A DNA stretch of 64,000 nucleotides. Source: Thermoprotei archaeon. GTDB lineage: Archaea; Thermoproteota; Thermoprotei; Thermoproteales; B15-G16. Below the pieces are notes generated by a model. The model had not been told where the DNA came from. It saw nothing but the letters and a program-made list of their open reading frames with translations, and did not search any database. How positions within the stretch are numbered: position 1 is the first letter of the stretch; each line of letters begins with the position of its first letter. The position numbers were made by a program, and so were the translations under genes. The DNA lies in contig QMRC01000008.1 of NCBI GenBank assembly GCA_003649205.1, positions 1 to 64,000 of the forward strand, written 5' to 3'. Positions 39,575 to 49,593 of the stretch are shown in pieces.

Positions 39575-39844
39575 ATGAGGCATAGGGAACTACTGACTTC
39601 TCTACTTGCTGTAGGGAATGAGCTTAAGGTAGAGATACCTAGAGCTTGGTTGGAGGAGTACGTGGAGTCGTATGGACTTGGGAGAGACTTCGTAGAGAAG
39701 GTGCTTAAGTGTAGACCAAGTGAGACACCTGACTACTACGTATGTACGCTAGCTGAGAAAAAGGGAGAGAGTATTGTTCTAAACGTGGTGATGTTGAAGG
39801 TACTTGATGAGTTTCTGAGAGATCTACAGAAGATGCTTGGTTAG
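39575..39844 (+). CDS. Hypothetical protein
   Basis: GGTGAG RBS, 89 aa. Confidence 0.65.
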   Translation: MRHRELLTSLLAVGNELKVEIPRAWLEEYVESYGLGRDFVEKVLKCRPSETPDYYVCTLAEKKGESIVLNVVMLKVLDEFLRDLQKMLG

Positions 39845-40125
39845 TGCTCAACATCTACGTCAGGTATTTTTGTATCTACAATCGCTACTCTAATACCTAG
39901 ATCATCATCGAGGTAGACCTGTAACCTAATTCTCTTTCTATCTGCACGGAAGTAATCTAGTGCTCTAATCACCTTCACTAGCTGTCTAGAAAGAATGTAG
40001 AGAGGGCAGAAGTTACATTTCCGCTGTTTGCAGTACTGCAAGACATCTTCAGCTAACTCATCCTCCATGTAGTACTCTATGCCTTCCCTAGTACAGACGA
40101 ACTGCCTCAAGGCTTGCTTGCTCAA
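39841..40125 (-). CDS. Hypothetical Cys-containing protein
   Basis: C...C..CP motif. Confidence 0.6.
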   Translation of the reverse strand: MSKQALRQFVCTREGIEYYMEDELAEDVLQYCKQRKCNFCPLYILSRQLVKVIRALDYFRADRKRIRLQVYLDDDLGIRVAIVDTKIPDVDVEH

Positions 40126-40568
40126 GGTCTAGCGAACCTCACGTGAACTTTCCTAACCTCGATGTACGGCTTTCTCCTCTTCAACCTACTGATGAAGAAC
40201 CCTAGCTTATCTAGGAACTCCCTTATCTCACCAGCTTTCAAGCTCTTCGTTATTATTAGCTCGTCGTCGTGGTATAGGAGTGGGATATCTATTTCCTCCA
40301 TTCCGTAGAATCTCCTAATTACGTTCAGTAACTTGCTGTACTCCTCACTAGATAGCTCTGCAACCCATCTAGTACCTCTCGGTACTGAGACATTGATGTT
40401 AACTCCAGTTGGTGACTTCACTAACTCAATCTCTATATTACCAAGTCTTCTATCGGGAACAATGCACAGTGCTAGATCTCCTCTGACATCGCACCCAACC
40501 TCTATGCCGTACTTCGAGAATATTTCCTTAAGCTCAGACGCTACCTTAGATATCTCAACCTCAGCCAT
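40122..40568 (-). CDS. Hypothetical protein
   Basis: 148-aa ORF in an operon. Confidence 0.65.
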   Translation of the reverse strand: MAEVEISKVASELKEIFSKYGIEVGCDVRGDLALCIVPDRRLGNIEIELVKSPTGVNINVSVPRGTRWVAELSSEEYSKLLNVIRRFYGMEEIDIPLLYHDDELIITKSLKAGEIREFLDKLGFFISRLKRRKPYIEVRKVHVRFARP

Positions 40569-40570
40569 AC

Positions 40571-41356
40571 CTACTCACCACAACTCACACTCACTCCATC
40601 TAACCTATAAGTAGTTACATATATTGGTTTTCTACGCTCAACTACCTTGGAGTAGTACATCTTTACCGCTACTAGACTTACAGCAACCACAAGTGCAATA
40701 CCTATAATCGCTAGAACTAGCACGGGTAGTTCAAACTTCTTCTCCTCCGTAGCTTTGGTAACTTTCTCAGCCTTAGGATATGTAGTCAGCAAGATATCTC
40801 CTATTGCTTTCGTTCTTCCAAGTACTGATACAACAATGTTACCGTGTACGAATCTAGTGATATTACCGTAGTATGTGTAGAACTTCTCTAGTGATGGAGT
40901 GTTATCGAATACGTCTAGTCCGTAGTAGGTGTAGTTTGTAACTCTCGTGAAGTCTAGTTTAGAGAGTGGAAGTAATGTGATGTAGATACCTTCTAGTGTC
41001 TTCGGTACAAGCATTATCTCGGTACTGATAGTCACTGCATATGTTGTATTTGTTGCAAATCCATGCTCTATACTAGTTACTGCATTGACCTCAACTCCAT
41101 AGTACCTATAGGCATCTACAAAGCACCTAGTAATGTTCTCGACTAAGCTACTGTAGATACTTGTGTCATTCAGCCACCTCTCAATCTTTGTACCTGTCTC
41201 CTCATCGAGACTTGCAGATACCAGTACTGAGATAACTCCATTCTGTGGATTGACTGTGATCACAGCATATCTCTCATACACTACACCTAGTGTAGGTACT
41301 GTCGAGCATAGTAGGAATAGTGCTAGGAGAATGCTAACTATACACAACCTCGACAT
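40571..41356 (-). CDS. Type I membrane protein; paralog of 16184..17005
   Basis: Signal peptide; PSLEKFYTYYG..T.F, AIGD; C-terminal TM. Confidence 0.75.
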   Translation of the reverse strand: MSRLCIVSILLALFLLCSTVPTLGVVYERYAVITVNPQNGVISVLVSASLDEETGTKIERWLNDTSIYSSLVENITRCFVDAYRYYGVEVNAVTSIEHGFATNTTYAVTISTEIMLVPKTLEGIYITLLPLSKLDFTRVTNYTYYGLDVFDNTPSLEKFYTYYGNITRFVHGNIVVSVLGRTKAIGDILLTTYPKAEKVTKATEEKKFELPVLVLAIIGIALVVAVSLVAVKMYYSKVVERRKPIYVTTYRLDGVSVSCGE

Positions 41357-43358
41357 GAATTGAGTTCACCTCCTCTATATCTATGCTAGATAGAGCTTCT
41401 AATAGGTCTAGAGTAGGTTTCCTAACAGTTAACGTCTTCTCACCGTGTGATGTAAATACGTGTACTATGAACTTCATGAATTCGAGCTTGTGATTAGTTA
41501 CTATGACTGGCGTGTACGCTGTAACCACAGGTACAACACATGGTAACCACGTAGAGTTGATGACTTCTCCTCTGTACCTAAGTATCTCCCTAACGTAGAA
41601 TACTGTTGCTTCTCCATTAGTAGTAATTACCTTACTTCCACTTGGTAGAGCTACATCAATTCTCGGACTTATCAGAAACCTCATCTCGACATCACCTAGC
41701 TCAATCTCAACATACTCCTCCCTAATTGCACTCGCTAGCTCTAGTCTCCTACTGAAGTTCATGAATAGAGCAACTGCTGTATCCTCTGGCAAGATATTTA
41801 CATAGGCAACTACTGTGAATTTGAGCCCCTCTTCCTTTGGTAGCTTCTCTTCTAGTACTGAGACATTGCACTCTCTCACGTGTGGTGTTATGTAGATAAC
41901 GCAGTTGTGGTATCTAGGTCTTGAGATTGAATCGAAATAGCACTCAGGAGCACCAGATGTCAAGAGCAACCTTGCGTAAACTGGGTACTCAGTCTCATTA
42001 CTGTACAGTAGCTCTGAAGGAAGTTCACCTCTTGAGTGATATTGCTCCAATCTCGCTATCGTTCCCTCAATAGTGATCTTCCTAATGACAACATTACTGA
42101 AGTTATACTCCAGCTCGTGATATACAGCTAGGTACTCAGGCTTCATTATTGTCGAGTCAACTAGCCTATACTGAATATAACAGGTATCCGTCTTAAGCAA
42201 CCAGAAGCTCATAGCGTTACCGTGCCCAAATACAAACATTGGCTTTAGCACCACTTCCCTACTGAAGTCTATAGAGGTGGATACTGGTGAAATGCGTAGT
42301 GGTATTGCCTTAATTTCGTAATCTACCTCAACATCCTCAATACCGTGCCACTCATCAGGATCCTTCAAGAACACTATCTCTACTGATAGATCCTCGTAAT
42401 CTGGTACCCTCTTCCAGAACTCATACCACTCCTTGCTGTACTCATAGATTATCCTTATGACAATTCTACGAAGTGCATACTCAGGGTGTTTTGACAGTAC
42501 TTCATTGATTTTACGCACTTCCTCAGATGTTGGAGGTCTGTAGTTGAGCCCTATACTCCTCAGTAATCTCAGTGCAAGTGTTATGTGATGCCACGTGAGT
42601 TTAGTACCTAGTACCTTTCTCGATAGAAAGACACCTCCGTAAGGTGCTCCCAAAACAGTTAGTTCCTTAATTGTTAAACCTGAACCAGCAGTGATTTCCC
42701 AGCTCCAGTACATCATTCCAGCTTGCCTCATGATTGCATATGCCGTAGCGACACCTGTGCCAACAGTCATTGTCGCTAGTGTACCTAGTACGCCCCCCGC
42801 TAGTCCTGATGCCATACAGAGTGCAATTAGCGACACAATCAACCTATCGTATGGTTGCATCAGCTTATGCACTAAGTAGCTGTAGAGTATAGGGGGTAGA
42901 CTCTCGATCTCTATTCTCCACGATCCATAGCACGGTGCTGAACTCGCTAAGATAGCTACTGGTAGAGCATTGTCGAAGATACCTCCAGTTATGTTGATTT
43001 CCGTAACAACTCTGACCTTAACTGACGAGAATGCCCTAAGGTACCAAGGAATCATACACCTCCACTTGACGTACTTCACAAAAGCCCACAGCGGATACTG
43101 AATCTTCTTCCCACGGAATTCCGTAAGTTCCTTAATCTCGAAGATCTTGGCTGTAGCATAGCTAACGTGCTCAACTCTAGCATTCACAACATCTATCTTC
43201 TTAGTTCGTGCATGAGAAAGTAGGTCTGAGGCAGTTGCTCTATCCATACTCACCCAAATACCCTTCTCAGCACTGAGCACAGGTCTCACACCTATAGCTA
43301 CGGTAAGTATTGACGATAGTACGAGCAGTATTAGGACTGTAGCCCTAATCCACATCAA
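41334..43358 (-). CDS. Large secreted/membrane protein with an internal Gly/Ala-rich hydrophobic hairpin
   Basis: Signal peptide; LIALCMASGLAGGVLGTLATMTVGTGVATAYAI segment. Confidence 0.75.
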   Translation of the reverse strand: MMWIRATVLILLVLSSILTVAIGVRPVLSAEKGIWVSMDRATASDLLSHARTKKIDVVNARVEHVSYATAKIFEIKELTEFRGKKIQYPLWAFVKYVKWRCMIPWYLRAFSSVKVRVVTEINITGGIFDNALPVAILASSAPCYGSWRIEIESLPPILYSYLVHKLMQPYDRLIVSLIALCMASGLAGGVLGTLATMTVGTGVATAYAIMRQAGMMYWSWEITAGSGLTIKELTVLGAPYGGVFLSRKVLGTKLTWHHITLALRLLRSIGLNYRPPTSEEVRKINEVLSKHPEYALRRIVIRIIYEYSKEWYEFWKRVPDYEDLSVEIVFLKDPDEWHGIEDVEVDYEIKAIPLRISPVSTSIDFSREVVLKPMFVFGHGNAMSFWLLKTDTCYIQYRLVDSTIMKPEYLAVYHELEYNFSNVVIRKITIEGTIARLEQYHSRGELPSELLYSNETEYPVYARLLLTSGAPECYFDSISRPRYHNCVIYITPHVRECNVSVLEEKLPKEEGLKFTVVAYVNILPEDTAVALFMNFSRRLELASAIREEYVEIELGDVEMRFLISPRIDVALPSGSKVITTNGEATVFYVREILRYRGEVINSTWLPCVVPVVTAYTPVIVTNHKLEFMKFIVHVFTSHGEKTLTVRKPTLDLLEALSSIDIEEVNSIHVEVVYS

Positions 43359-43401
43359 GTAAGTAGATGTGTAAAAAAGGAAAAATAAGTTTCAGTCACA
43401 G

Positions 43402-43506
43402 CTAGAGTACAAGTACCTTGATCACAGTCTTACCGTTAATCTTCTCGACATCGTAGCAGAGAAATGTCCAAGTAATTGGTGTATGTACCTTTCCTCGTTT
43501 CTCCAT
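43402..43506 (-). CDS. Small peptide (34 aa) translationally coupled to polB
   Basis: TGATG stop/start overlap; MEKRGKVHTPITWTFLCYDVEKINGKTVIKVLVL. Confidence 0.35.
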   Translation of the reverse strand: MEKRGKVHTPITWTFLCYDVEKINGKTVIKVLVL

Positions 43507-45965
43507 CATAAGATACCTATCTCCCTGAGCTTTATCTTTGTGTACTCGTGTACGCAGTTTCTAAGTATGTCTTCATCGATTCTCAGCTTATCTACCTTCA
43601 TCTTAGACTCAACAGCGAATACAACTAGGCTCTCTCCGTATATCCTACCTGTCTCCGATGGTCTTACCTTGAGCACTCTACCTTCTCTCGTCGATAGGTA
43701 GTACAGTATGTCTTCTAGCGTAATTGCGTAGATATTTCCATCATCTCCATACATCAACATGTCTGCTCTAGTGAGTTTGTTGAGTGGTCTAGCTCTCTTA
43801 CAGGGTAGGCACCTAGCTTCGAGCACTACATAGCCCTCGTAGTCTGCTAGGTTTATTCTCGGTACCTTAGGTGCCTTACGCAGAAGCTCTATCAGTGGTG
43901 CGTGCTGTGGTGTAGCGAATTGATGTACATTAGCCTTCTTCAGGTAGATAGATCTAGGTTCCTCCCATGGTGTGAAGACTCTCAGGTAGTACTTACCACG
44001 TACCTTAATCTCCCTCTTAACTGACTGCAAGTCCTTACCTATCAACCTATAGAGCTGATTTGCAGGGTACGTGAACAAGTCCTCAATATCTGCACTATCG
44101 ATGAGTTCTCTAATGAGCTTAATCCTCTCCTCGTAGCTACTCGACACTATCTTCACGAAGTTATCTGTGATTACCTTCGGCAACCTAAATCGCAGGAGGC
44201 TCTTGATGGGGCTTCCCTTGAGCACTACCTTCTTGCCCTGTAGTATGTATGACTTCCTGCTGTAGATGTACATTACGTTCCACACATCCTCTAGATCTGC
44301 CTCTAGTCCAAATCTCGACAGGTAGTCCGCTATGTCCTTTGCTAGCTTCTGAATATCTTCTCCGCTGTTCACTACCACGAATATGCTATCTGTATCGCTG
44401 TAAATTACCTTCCAACCTCTAGACCTCAAGTACTGAATCCATCCCATCTGTATCTTGTACGTGCCGTAGAAGATCTTGGTTGGGCAAGCTAGGTTCCCTA
44501 GTGGTGCAGGTGATGCTTGCTTACCTTGTACACCGTATGCTAGTGCATTCAGTACTGCCTTAATAGAGTGGTCAACTGGTTCGTACATTGGTGACTTCTT
44601 CTTGAGCTTCTTAGTTAGCTCACGTATCTTCTTCAGCTTGAGAACAGTTGCGTACAGTATACCTAGACCACTTCTCCTATCGAACTCAATTCTCTCAACC
44701 ATATCCTCAACAACACTACCGATATCTTGCATCGTTGCTTCAGGTTCCTTTACGAGCAGTGTAGGGTCTACGAAGTTTGCTAGTACGAAGCTTGGGTACA
44801 TCATCTTTATGTCGAACTGAGCTACGTTCGTGTACAGTACCTTCTCACGCTCTAGCCAAACCCTAGACGCACTTGCTCTCCACTTAACAGCTCTGTACTC
44901 AGGTACGAATCCCCTCACCTCGCACTCATGTGTGAAGAAGTACTCTGCAACCATTCCAGCAGGTAGATTCTGCAGTATCGACATCGGTATCTGTGTTAGT
45001 GCAGATAGTACTGCGATTAGCGAGAACGGAACTATCATTATCTTAGCAGTTATGACTACATCATTTATGTTGTACTTAGCTAGCTCATCTAGATTCATGG
45101 AGTTTAGTCTCTTCTTACCCTCCTTCTTGATCTTCAACTCCTCATCAGTTATACCTACCTTATCCTTCAGAACCTCAGCAACATCGTGTAGTGCCCTTGC
45201 TGAACCTATTGCAAGTGACTGACCCCACGTAGCGAGCGTCTGCGATGTATCGAATATAGCTATCTGCTCTACAGGAATTACGACACCACTTCTACGTAGT
45301 ATAGGTATGTCGAAGCCAACTATGTTATGTCCCGCAAGTAACCTATACCTATTGATCTCCTTCTCAAGTTCATCAAATTGCTTAGGTAGTTCATAGCACT
45401 GAACATCATCAGGTCTAATCTCCTCAAATGGAGTCCACACGTAAGTTGACGCTAGAATAGGCTTCTCCTCTCTAGCCTCGACATCTAGGATAAGTACCTT
45501 GAGCTTTCTGAGGTTCTGTATCGTAGATACATCAAGTACGTAGTAAAGTGGCTTAGTGTCGAAGAACTGTAGACCTAGATCCCACGAGCACCTAGCTAGG
45601 TACCTCACATTGAACATAGATGCCCTAACATCTACACCAGCTCTCTGCAGTGCGAGGACATCCCTAGCGACATCTGGTACCTGAGTTGGTAGCTGACACT
45701 TGACCTTAGCTACACCGTAATCGCTCTTAACCTCGTACCTAGAACCATGAACCTTAATTATAGGCTTCATGTCAACTTCTTCAACCTCAACAACACCACT
45801 GAACTTCTCAATCTCCTTCAGTATCTTCTTGTTCTTGTATATGACGTAGAAGTACGGTCTTATTGCTCGTACTGACGTGACATCACTATCCCTTATCAGT
45901 ATCAGTTGCTCTATCTCCTTCCTACCCTTCAATCTAGGTAGCTTGAGGTCGATATACACTCTCAA
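43506..45965 (-). CDS. polB: Family B DNA polymerase with proofreading exonuclease
   Basis: ExoI LDVE, ExoII HNIVGFD, ExoIII YNIND; PolA FDIKMMYPS, PolB KAVLNALAYG, PolC YSDTDS. Confidence 0.95.
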   Translation of the reverse strand: MRVYIDLKLPRLKGRKEIEQLILIRDSDVTSVRAIRPYFYVIYKNKKILKEIEKFSGVVEVEEVDMKPIIKVHGSRYEVKSDYGVAKVKCQLPTQVPDVARDVLALQRAGVDVRASMFNVRYLARCSWDLGLQFFDTKPLYYVLDVSTIQNLRKLKVLILDVEAREEKPILASTYVWTPFEEIRPDDVQCYELPKQFDELEKEINRYRLLAGHNIVGFDIPILRRSGVVIPVEQIAIFDTSQTLATWGQSLAIGSARALHDVAEVLKDKVGITDEELKIKKEGKKRLNSMNLDELAKYNINDVVITAKIMIVPFSLIAVLSALTQIPMSILQNLPAGMVAEYFFTHECEVRGFVPEYRAVKWRASASRVWLEREKVLYTNVAQFDIKMMYPSFVLANFVDPTLLVKEPEATMQDIGSVVEDMVERIEFDRRSGLGILYATVLKLKKIRELTKKLKKKSPMYEPVDHSIKAVLNALAYGVQGKQASPAPLGNLACPTKIFYGTYKIQMGWIQYLRSRGWKVIYSDTDSIFVVVNSGEDIQKLAKDIADYLSRFGLEADLEDVWNVMYIYSRKSYILQGKKVVLKGSPIKSLLRFRLPKVITDNFVKIVSSSYEERIKLIRELIDSADIEDLFTYPANQLYRLIGKDLQSVKREIKVRGKYYLRVFTPWEEPRSIYLKKANVHQFATPQHAPLIELLRKAPKVPRINLADYEGYVVLEARCLPCKRARPLNKLTRADMLMYGDDGNIYAITLEDILYYLSTREGRVLKVRPSETGRIYGESLVVFAVESKMKVDKLRIDEDILRNCVHEYTKIKLREIGIL

Positions 45966-47340
45966 TCACCTCAGCAACAATCTTGAAAAGTGGCTTACCT
46001 GCCTCAATACCTCTCACATAGAGATTGTACATGTAGCATACGTCACGGTACATGCACTCCTCATCACACCTCACGTACTGTCTAACCATCTCAAAGACGT
46101 CCTTAGGCACTTTAACTGCTGATAGAGATCTAACTCCAAGTTCCTTATCCTCAGCAGTGAAGTACTTCCAGTAATAGTCCCTAGGTTTTCTAAAGCCATA
46201 CCTCTCAGCAAAGTCCACAATCATCTTCTCAAGATTCTGCTCATCTAGGTACACAAGTGCAGGTGCTACTACGCACGCTAGCCTACACATTGCGTATCTG
46301 TAACCCTCCTCAACCTCACCTAGAAAGCACTTCACAATGCATGGAGGTAGCACGTGCTTAGCCTTTGAGAGAAGCTCCTTGAACTCATCATATGTGAGAG
46401 TACCTACGAAACCTAGATTAACCTCATCTTCTCTAGGCTTAACATCACTAAGTGCTATTCCCTGTATCTTCTCGTACTCTTCATCACTCTCCACTCTCCT
46501 AATAGATAGTGTTGTTTTGATTTGTTTTGCAACACCTTCATCTCCTATTACCCTAGCTATATTGCAGAGAAATTCATGAATGTAGTCTACGTCCTTAACC
46601 GCAATCTCTGTTAAGTCACCCACATCCACTACGTGCTGAAACTCCTTCGATAGAACTCTATAGCACTTGACACTAACGGTATTATTGCTGAAGACTAGGT
46701 ACCTAGACTGTGGAGGGTATGAACCTAAGTACCTATACCCTGACATTACCTCGATCTTGATTCCTAGCAAATTCCTGTAATCTAGTACCTTCTTTGTTGT
46801 CCAGCTCTCTCCCTTAGGTGTTCTCTGTCCTACAGCTATGCTCACTGCATCAGGTAGGTAGAAGTACTTGTGGAATCCACGTCTAGTCTCAACATCGAAG
46901 AGTCCACTTGCTCTGAGCTTACTACGAACATTCTCATCATAGCACTCAACATCTATCAACACGAAGTTCCTAAGTACGAAACCTACATTGATTAAGCAAC
47001 CTAGTTTAGAGCATCTGTACTTCACATCAACTACTTCAGAATCTGTAACCGACTTCCTCTGTAGATTCCTCCACTCAATCATTGGTACCTTCGTGAATAT
47101 GTACCTAGGAACAACAACAAGCTCAATAGGGTACACTACATCTCTTCTTCTTGAGAGGAGTCTCCTAGCTATGATGTAGAGAGCTTGCTCTGGTATGTCG
47201 GGAATATCCTTCTCTCTTTCTCTCAAGATTTCAAGACTCTTCTTCAGATATTCTACGTAGGAAGATACACTTTGTATCTTCTCTAACATGCTCTGGAACA
47301 TAGAGTTTCCTCCCACACCTCGGGCACGTACCATCCTCAT
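45934..47340 (-). CDS. Archaeo-eukaryotic primase (prim-pol) fused to a PriL/PriX-like helical domain (likely start ATG 47301)
   Basis: VLIDVE, ETRRGFHKYF, YPPQS; C-terminal LPPCI......EG.R. Confidence 0.8.
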   Translation of the reverse strand: MRMVRARGVGGNSMFQSMLEKIQSVSSYVEYLKKSLEILREREKDIPDIPEQALYIIARRLLSRRRDVVYPIELVVVPRYIFTKVPMIEWRNLQRKSVTDSEVVDVKYRCSKLGCLINVGFVLRNFVLIDVECYDENVRSKLRASGLFDVETRRGFHKYFYLPDAVSIAVGQRTPKGESWTTKKVLDYRNLLGIKIEVMSGYRYLGSYPPQSRYLVFSNNTVSVKCYRVLSKEFQHVVDVGDLTEIAVKDVDYIHEFLCNIARVIGDEGVAKQIKTTLSIRRVESDEEYEKIQGIALSDVKPREDEVNLGFVGTLTYDEFKELLSKAKHVLPPCIVKCFLGEVEEGYRYAMCRLACVVAPALVYLDEQNLEKMIVDFAERYGFRKPRDYYWKYFTAEDKELGVRSLSAVKVPKDVFEMVRQYVRCDEECMYRDVCYMYNLYVRGIEAGKPLFKIVAEVIESVYRPQAT

Positions 47341-47737
47341 ACACTGTAGTTAAGCAAAATGGACACTGAACGTCATAAAGTGTTGCACAGGTGTATCCTC
47401 CTCCAATACCTTCAGGAAATATCACGACATCTACAATCCTAGGTATCACCCTATTTCGTCTCCTATACTCTTCAAGAAGTGCATCACTCTCTCTCAGATA
47501 TATGTGGAATTCAGGGTAGTCAACAACTATTTTCTCGACTCTATTCACAAACTCTCTATAACTCATGCTGTGTCTGTAGAAGAACCAGTGTGCTAGCTTC
47601 AGTGCTACGACTATGTTTTTCCTAACAGAACTCAGTGTCCTAAATACGTATGCTCTACAAATAATGGGGATTGGAGTTCTTCGACGAGGTACCCTTACTT
47701 GAACTACTCTCAGTGTGTCCTCTGTGTTACTCGACAT
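47231..47737 (-). CDS. Zinc-ribbon protein
   Basis: CPFC...CPRCG. Confidence 0.65.
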   Translation of the reverse strand: MSSNTEDTLRVVQVRVPRRRTPIPIICRAYVFRTLSSVRKNIVVALKLAHWFFYRHSMSYREFVNRVEKIVVDYPEFHIYLRESDALLEEYRRRNRVIPRIVDVVIFPEGIGGGYTCATLYDVQCPFCLTTVYEDGTCPRCGRKLYVPEHVREDTKCIFLRRISEEES

Positions 47738-48470
47738 CGCCTACCTTAATCCCTCCAGTCTCTTCTCCTGTCTTCTCCTCCTCTACCTTCTCTCTTGTTG
47801 TTGTCTCTTCCTTCTCTGCTGTCTCTCCTCTCTCTAGCTCTAGTGTTTCTAGGTCTAGTCTCGATAGTAAGAGTGTGTCGTAGATGCTTCTTAGGTCTGT
47901 CTGTAGTGCGAATAGGTCTGCTATGTTTTCTCTTCTTGGTTCGTAGTGGTTTACTCTATCGCATACGAGGAGTATCTGCCTTCCTAGGAGTGCTATCTCT
48001 CTTAGGTTGATGATCTTGTGTGTGTAGAGAACTCTCGTGAGTGTTTCGATGTTCTCAGCGTACACTAGCCACTGATCTGGTTTCGATATGATTGCTCTCT
48101 CTACTCCTGCTCTCAGTACTCTCTTGACGATTTCTCTCACTAGTGTTTTGTAGTCTTCTTTTCTGTACGTTACTGGATTGTCTAACCTATGCACTGTCTC
48201 TCTCATGTCTATGACGTTCCTTATGGGGTATCTGGTTGGTTTTCCTAGTGGTTCTACTGCTGTCTTAACTGGTCTTCCCTCTACGTCCATGCTTATTGTC
48301 TTCGTTACGTACTTCTCCCATGCTAGTGTTGTCTTCTCGATCTTGTACGTTGCCATTCCGCACCCTGTCAGTATTCTCTCCTCTCTCTCATCTGTATCGA
48401 AGCACATCGGTATTCTCTTTGTCAGTATTCTCGCCTCTATCTTTAGGTTTGCTGGGAAGAGGAGGATCAT
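47727..48470 (-). CDS. Hypothetical protein with acidic tail, first gene of the primase/polB operon
   Basis: GTGAGG RBS; E/T-rich C-terminus. Confidence 0.7.
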   Translation of the reverse strand: MILLFPANLKIEARILTKRIPMCFDTDEREERILTGCGMATYKIEKTTLAWEKYVTKTISMDVEGRPVKTAVEPLGKPTRYPIRNVIDMRETVHRLDNPVTYRKEDYKTLVREIVKRVLRAGVERAIISKPDQWLVYAENIETLTRVLYTHKIINLREIALLGRQILLVCDRVNHYEPRRENIADLFALQTDLRSIYDTLLLSRLDLETLELERGETAEKEETTTREKVEEEKTGEETGGIKVGDVE

Positions 48471-48503
48471 ACCTCACACCTACTGTATCTCTATCTCGTA
48501 TGT

Positions 48504-48519
48504 TTTATTAGGGGTTAGT
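48504..48519 (-). promoter_or_regulatory. Conserved upstream motif ACTAACCCCTAATAAA
   Basis: 16/16 identical to 56390-56405; 34 nt upstream of the 48470 start. Confidence 0.7.
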
Positions 48520-48671
48520 TAATCACCTTCTGGTCTCTCTGTGCTTCGTGTCTTTGGTGTTCTTTGCGTCGTCTCCTCTACGTTGCATTGCTCAGTTGCT
48601 CTCGGCTCTGTACGTAGCTCTGCTCACCCCTTCTCTTGCTGTCGTAATTCCTGTCATTGATGGTTTGCTAC

Positions 48672-48976
48672 CTTAAATAGGGGTTTATAAGTTTTCTCAT
48701 GTGTCTCACTTCAGGTGTTTTAGGGTCGCAGAAACAGGAAATATAGGGATTAGTTAGTAGTTTTTGCGTAAGTAAGACGGAGGTTGGTTTGTTGATTGAT
48801 TGAGCTTCAGTTTTATGGAGGTGACTCTACTCATGGCTTCATTTCGGTAGAGTTTGCTACCATCCCACACCTGCTCCATGTCACGTCAGCACGTAATATA
48901 TAATAATTTTTACACAGTCGATTCTTGTACCCCTGATGTAGCATTCATGAGCAATTTTTATTAACCCCTATTTAAG
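48672..48976. repeat. 19-bp inverted repeat CTTAAATAGGGGTT(T/A)ATAA; candidate origin or divergent promoters
   Basis: 48672-48690 vs reverse complement of 48958-48976, 1 mismatch. Confidence 0.7.
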
Positions 48977-49036
48977 CTCGTTTGCTGATGAATATCACAT
49001 GGACAGTTCGCTCGACGGTAATGATGTGCTCTCTTT

Positions 49037-49051
49037 CTAACTCCTAATAAA
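49037..49051 (+). promoter_or_regulatory. Conserved upstream motif CTAACTCCTAATAAA
   Basis: Variant of the 48504/56390 motif, about 24 nt before the 49075 start. Confidence 0.65.
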
Positions 49052-49074
49052 TTACGTAGGATTTAGCTACTTAG

Positions 49075-49593
49075 GTGATGAGGGTGTGGGTCATAGCCTT
49101 TCTGAGGGTTGAGAACTTTCCAGTTAAGACACTGGTCTACAGTGTATCGCACCTCGTATCTGTGCTCTCTAGGTGTGGTGTTAGGTGTAGTAACTACGTG
49201 TCCTTCAACGACGATGAGATCTACCTTGCGAGAAATGTAGCTTATAGAAACGGTATTTACTACGCTCAACGTGGCACTAAGTACGTGAAGTTTCCTGCAA
49301 AGTTCCTTAGAGATTACCTTGTTGATTTGCTGAACTTTGTAACTAAATTCGATAGGGTTAAGACAATTCCTGAAGCAATGTCTGATCAACTGTGTGGTCG
49401 TGGTGCTGTACCTATCTACGTTGATGTTGATTACATAACATCAAATATGTACGATGTCAAGAATAGGAAAGTTGCTGGCTTTCTCCACTTTTCAATATCT
49501 CTACCCTTTCGTGGATGTAAGGATCTGGTAATGCTATTCTCTTGGAGGTTCCTAAAATATGGTAGAGAAGTACATAAGAATAAAAACAGATGA
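49075..49593 (+). CDS. Hypothetical protein upstream of the helicase
   Basis: 172-aa ORF after the conserved motif. Confidence 0.65.
   Translation: MMRVWVIAFLRVENFPVKTLVYSVSHLVSVLSRCGVRCSNYVSFNDDEIYLARNVAYRNGIYYAQRGTKYVKFPAKFLRDYLVDLLNFVTKFDRVKTIPEAMSDQLCGRGAVPIYVDVDYITSNMYDVKNRKVAGFLHFSISLPFRGCKDLVMLFSWRFLKYGREVHKNKNR

Noticed and set aside
48519-48657. Interrupted minus-strand ORF MTGITTAREG*AELRTEP... (readthrough or selenocysteine?)
   Set aside because: Short, low-complexity purine-rich sequence with few stops by composition; no SECIS or homology support
48985-49040. Possible C/D box sRNA (CTGATGA...ATGATGT)
   Set aside because: D boxes degenerate, spacing atypical, and it overlaps the promoter motif
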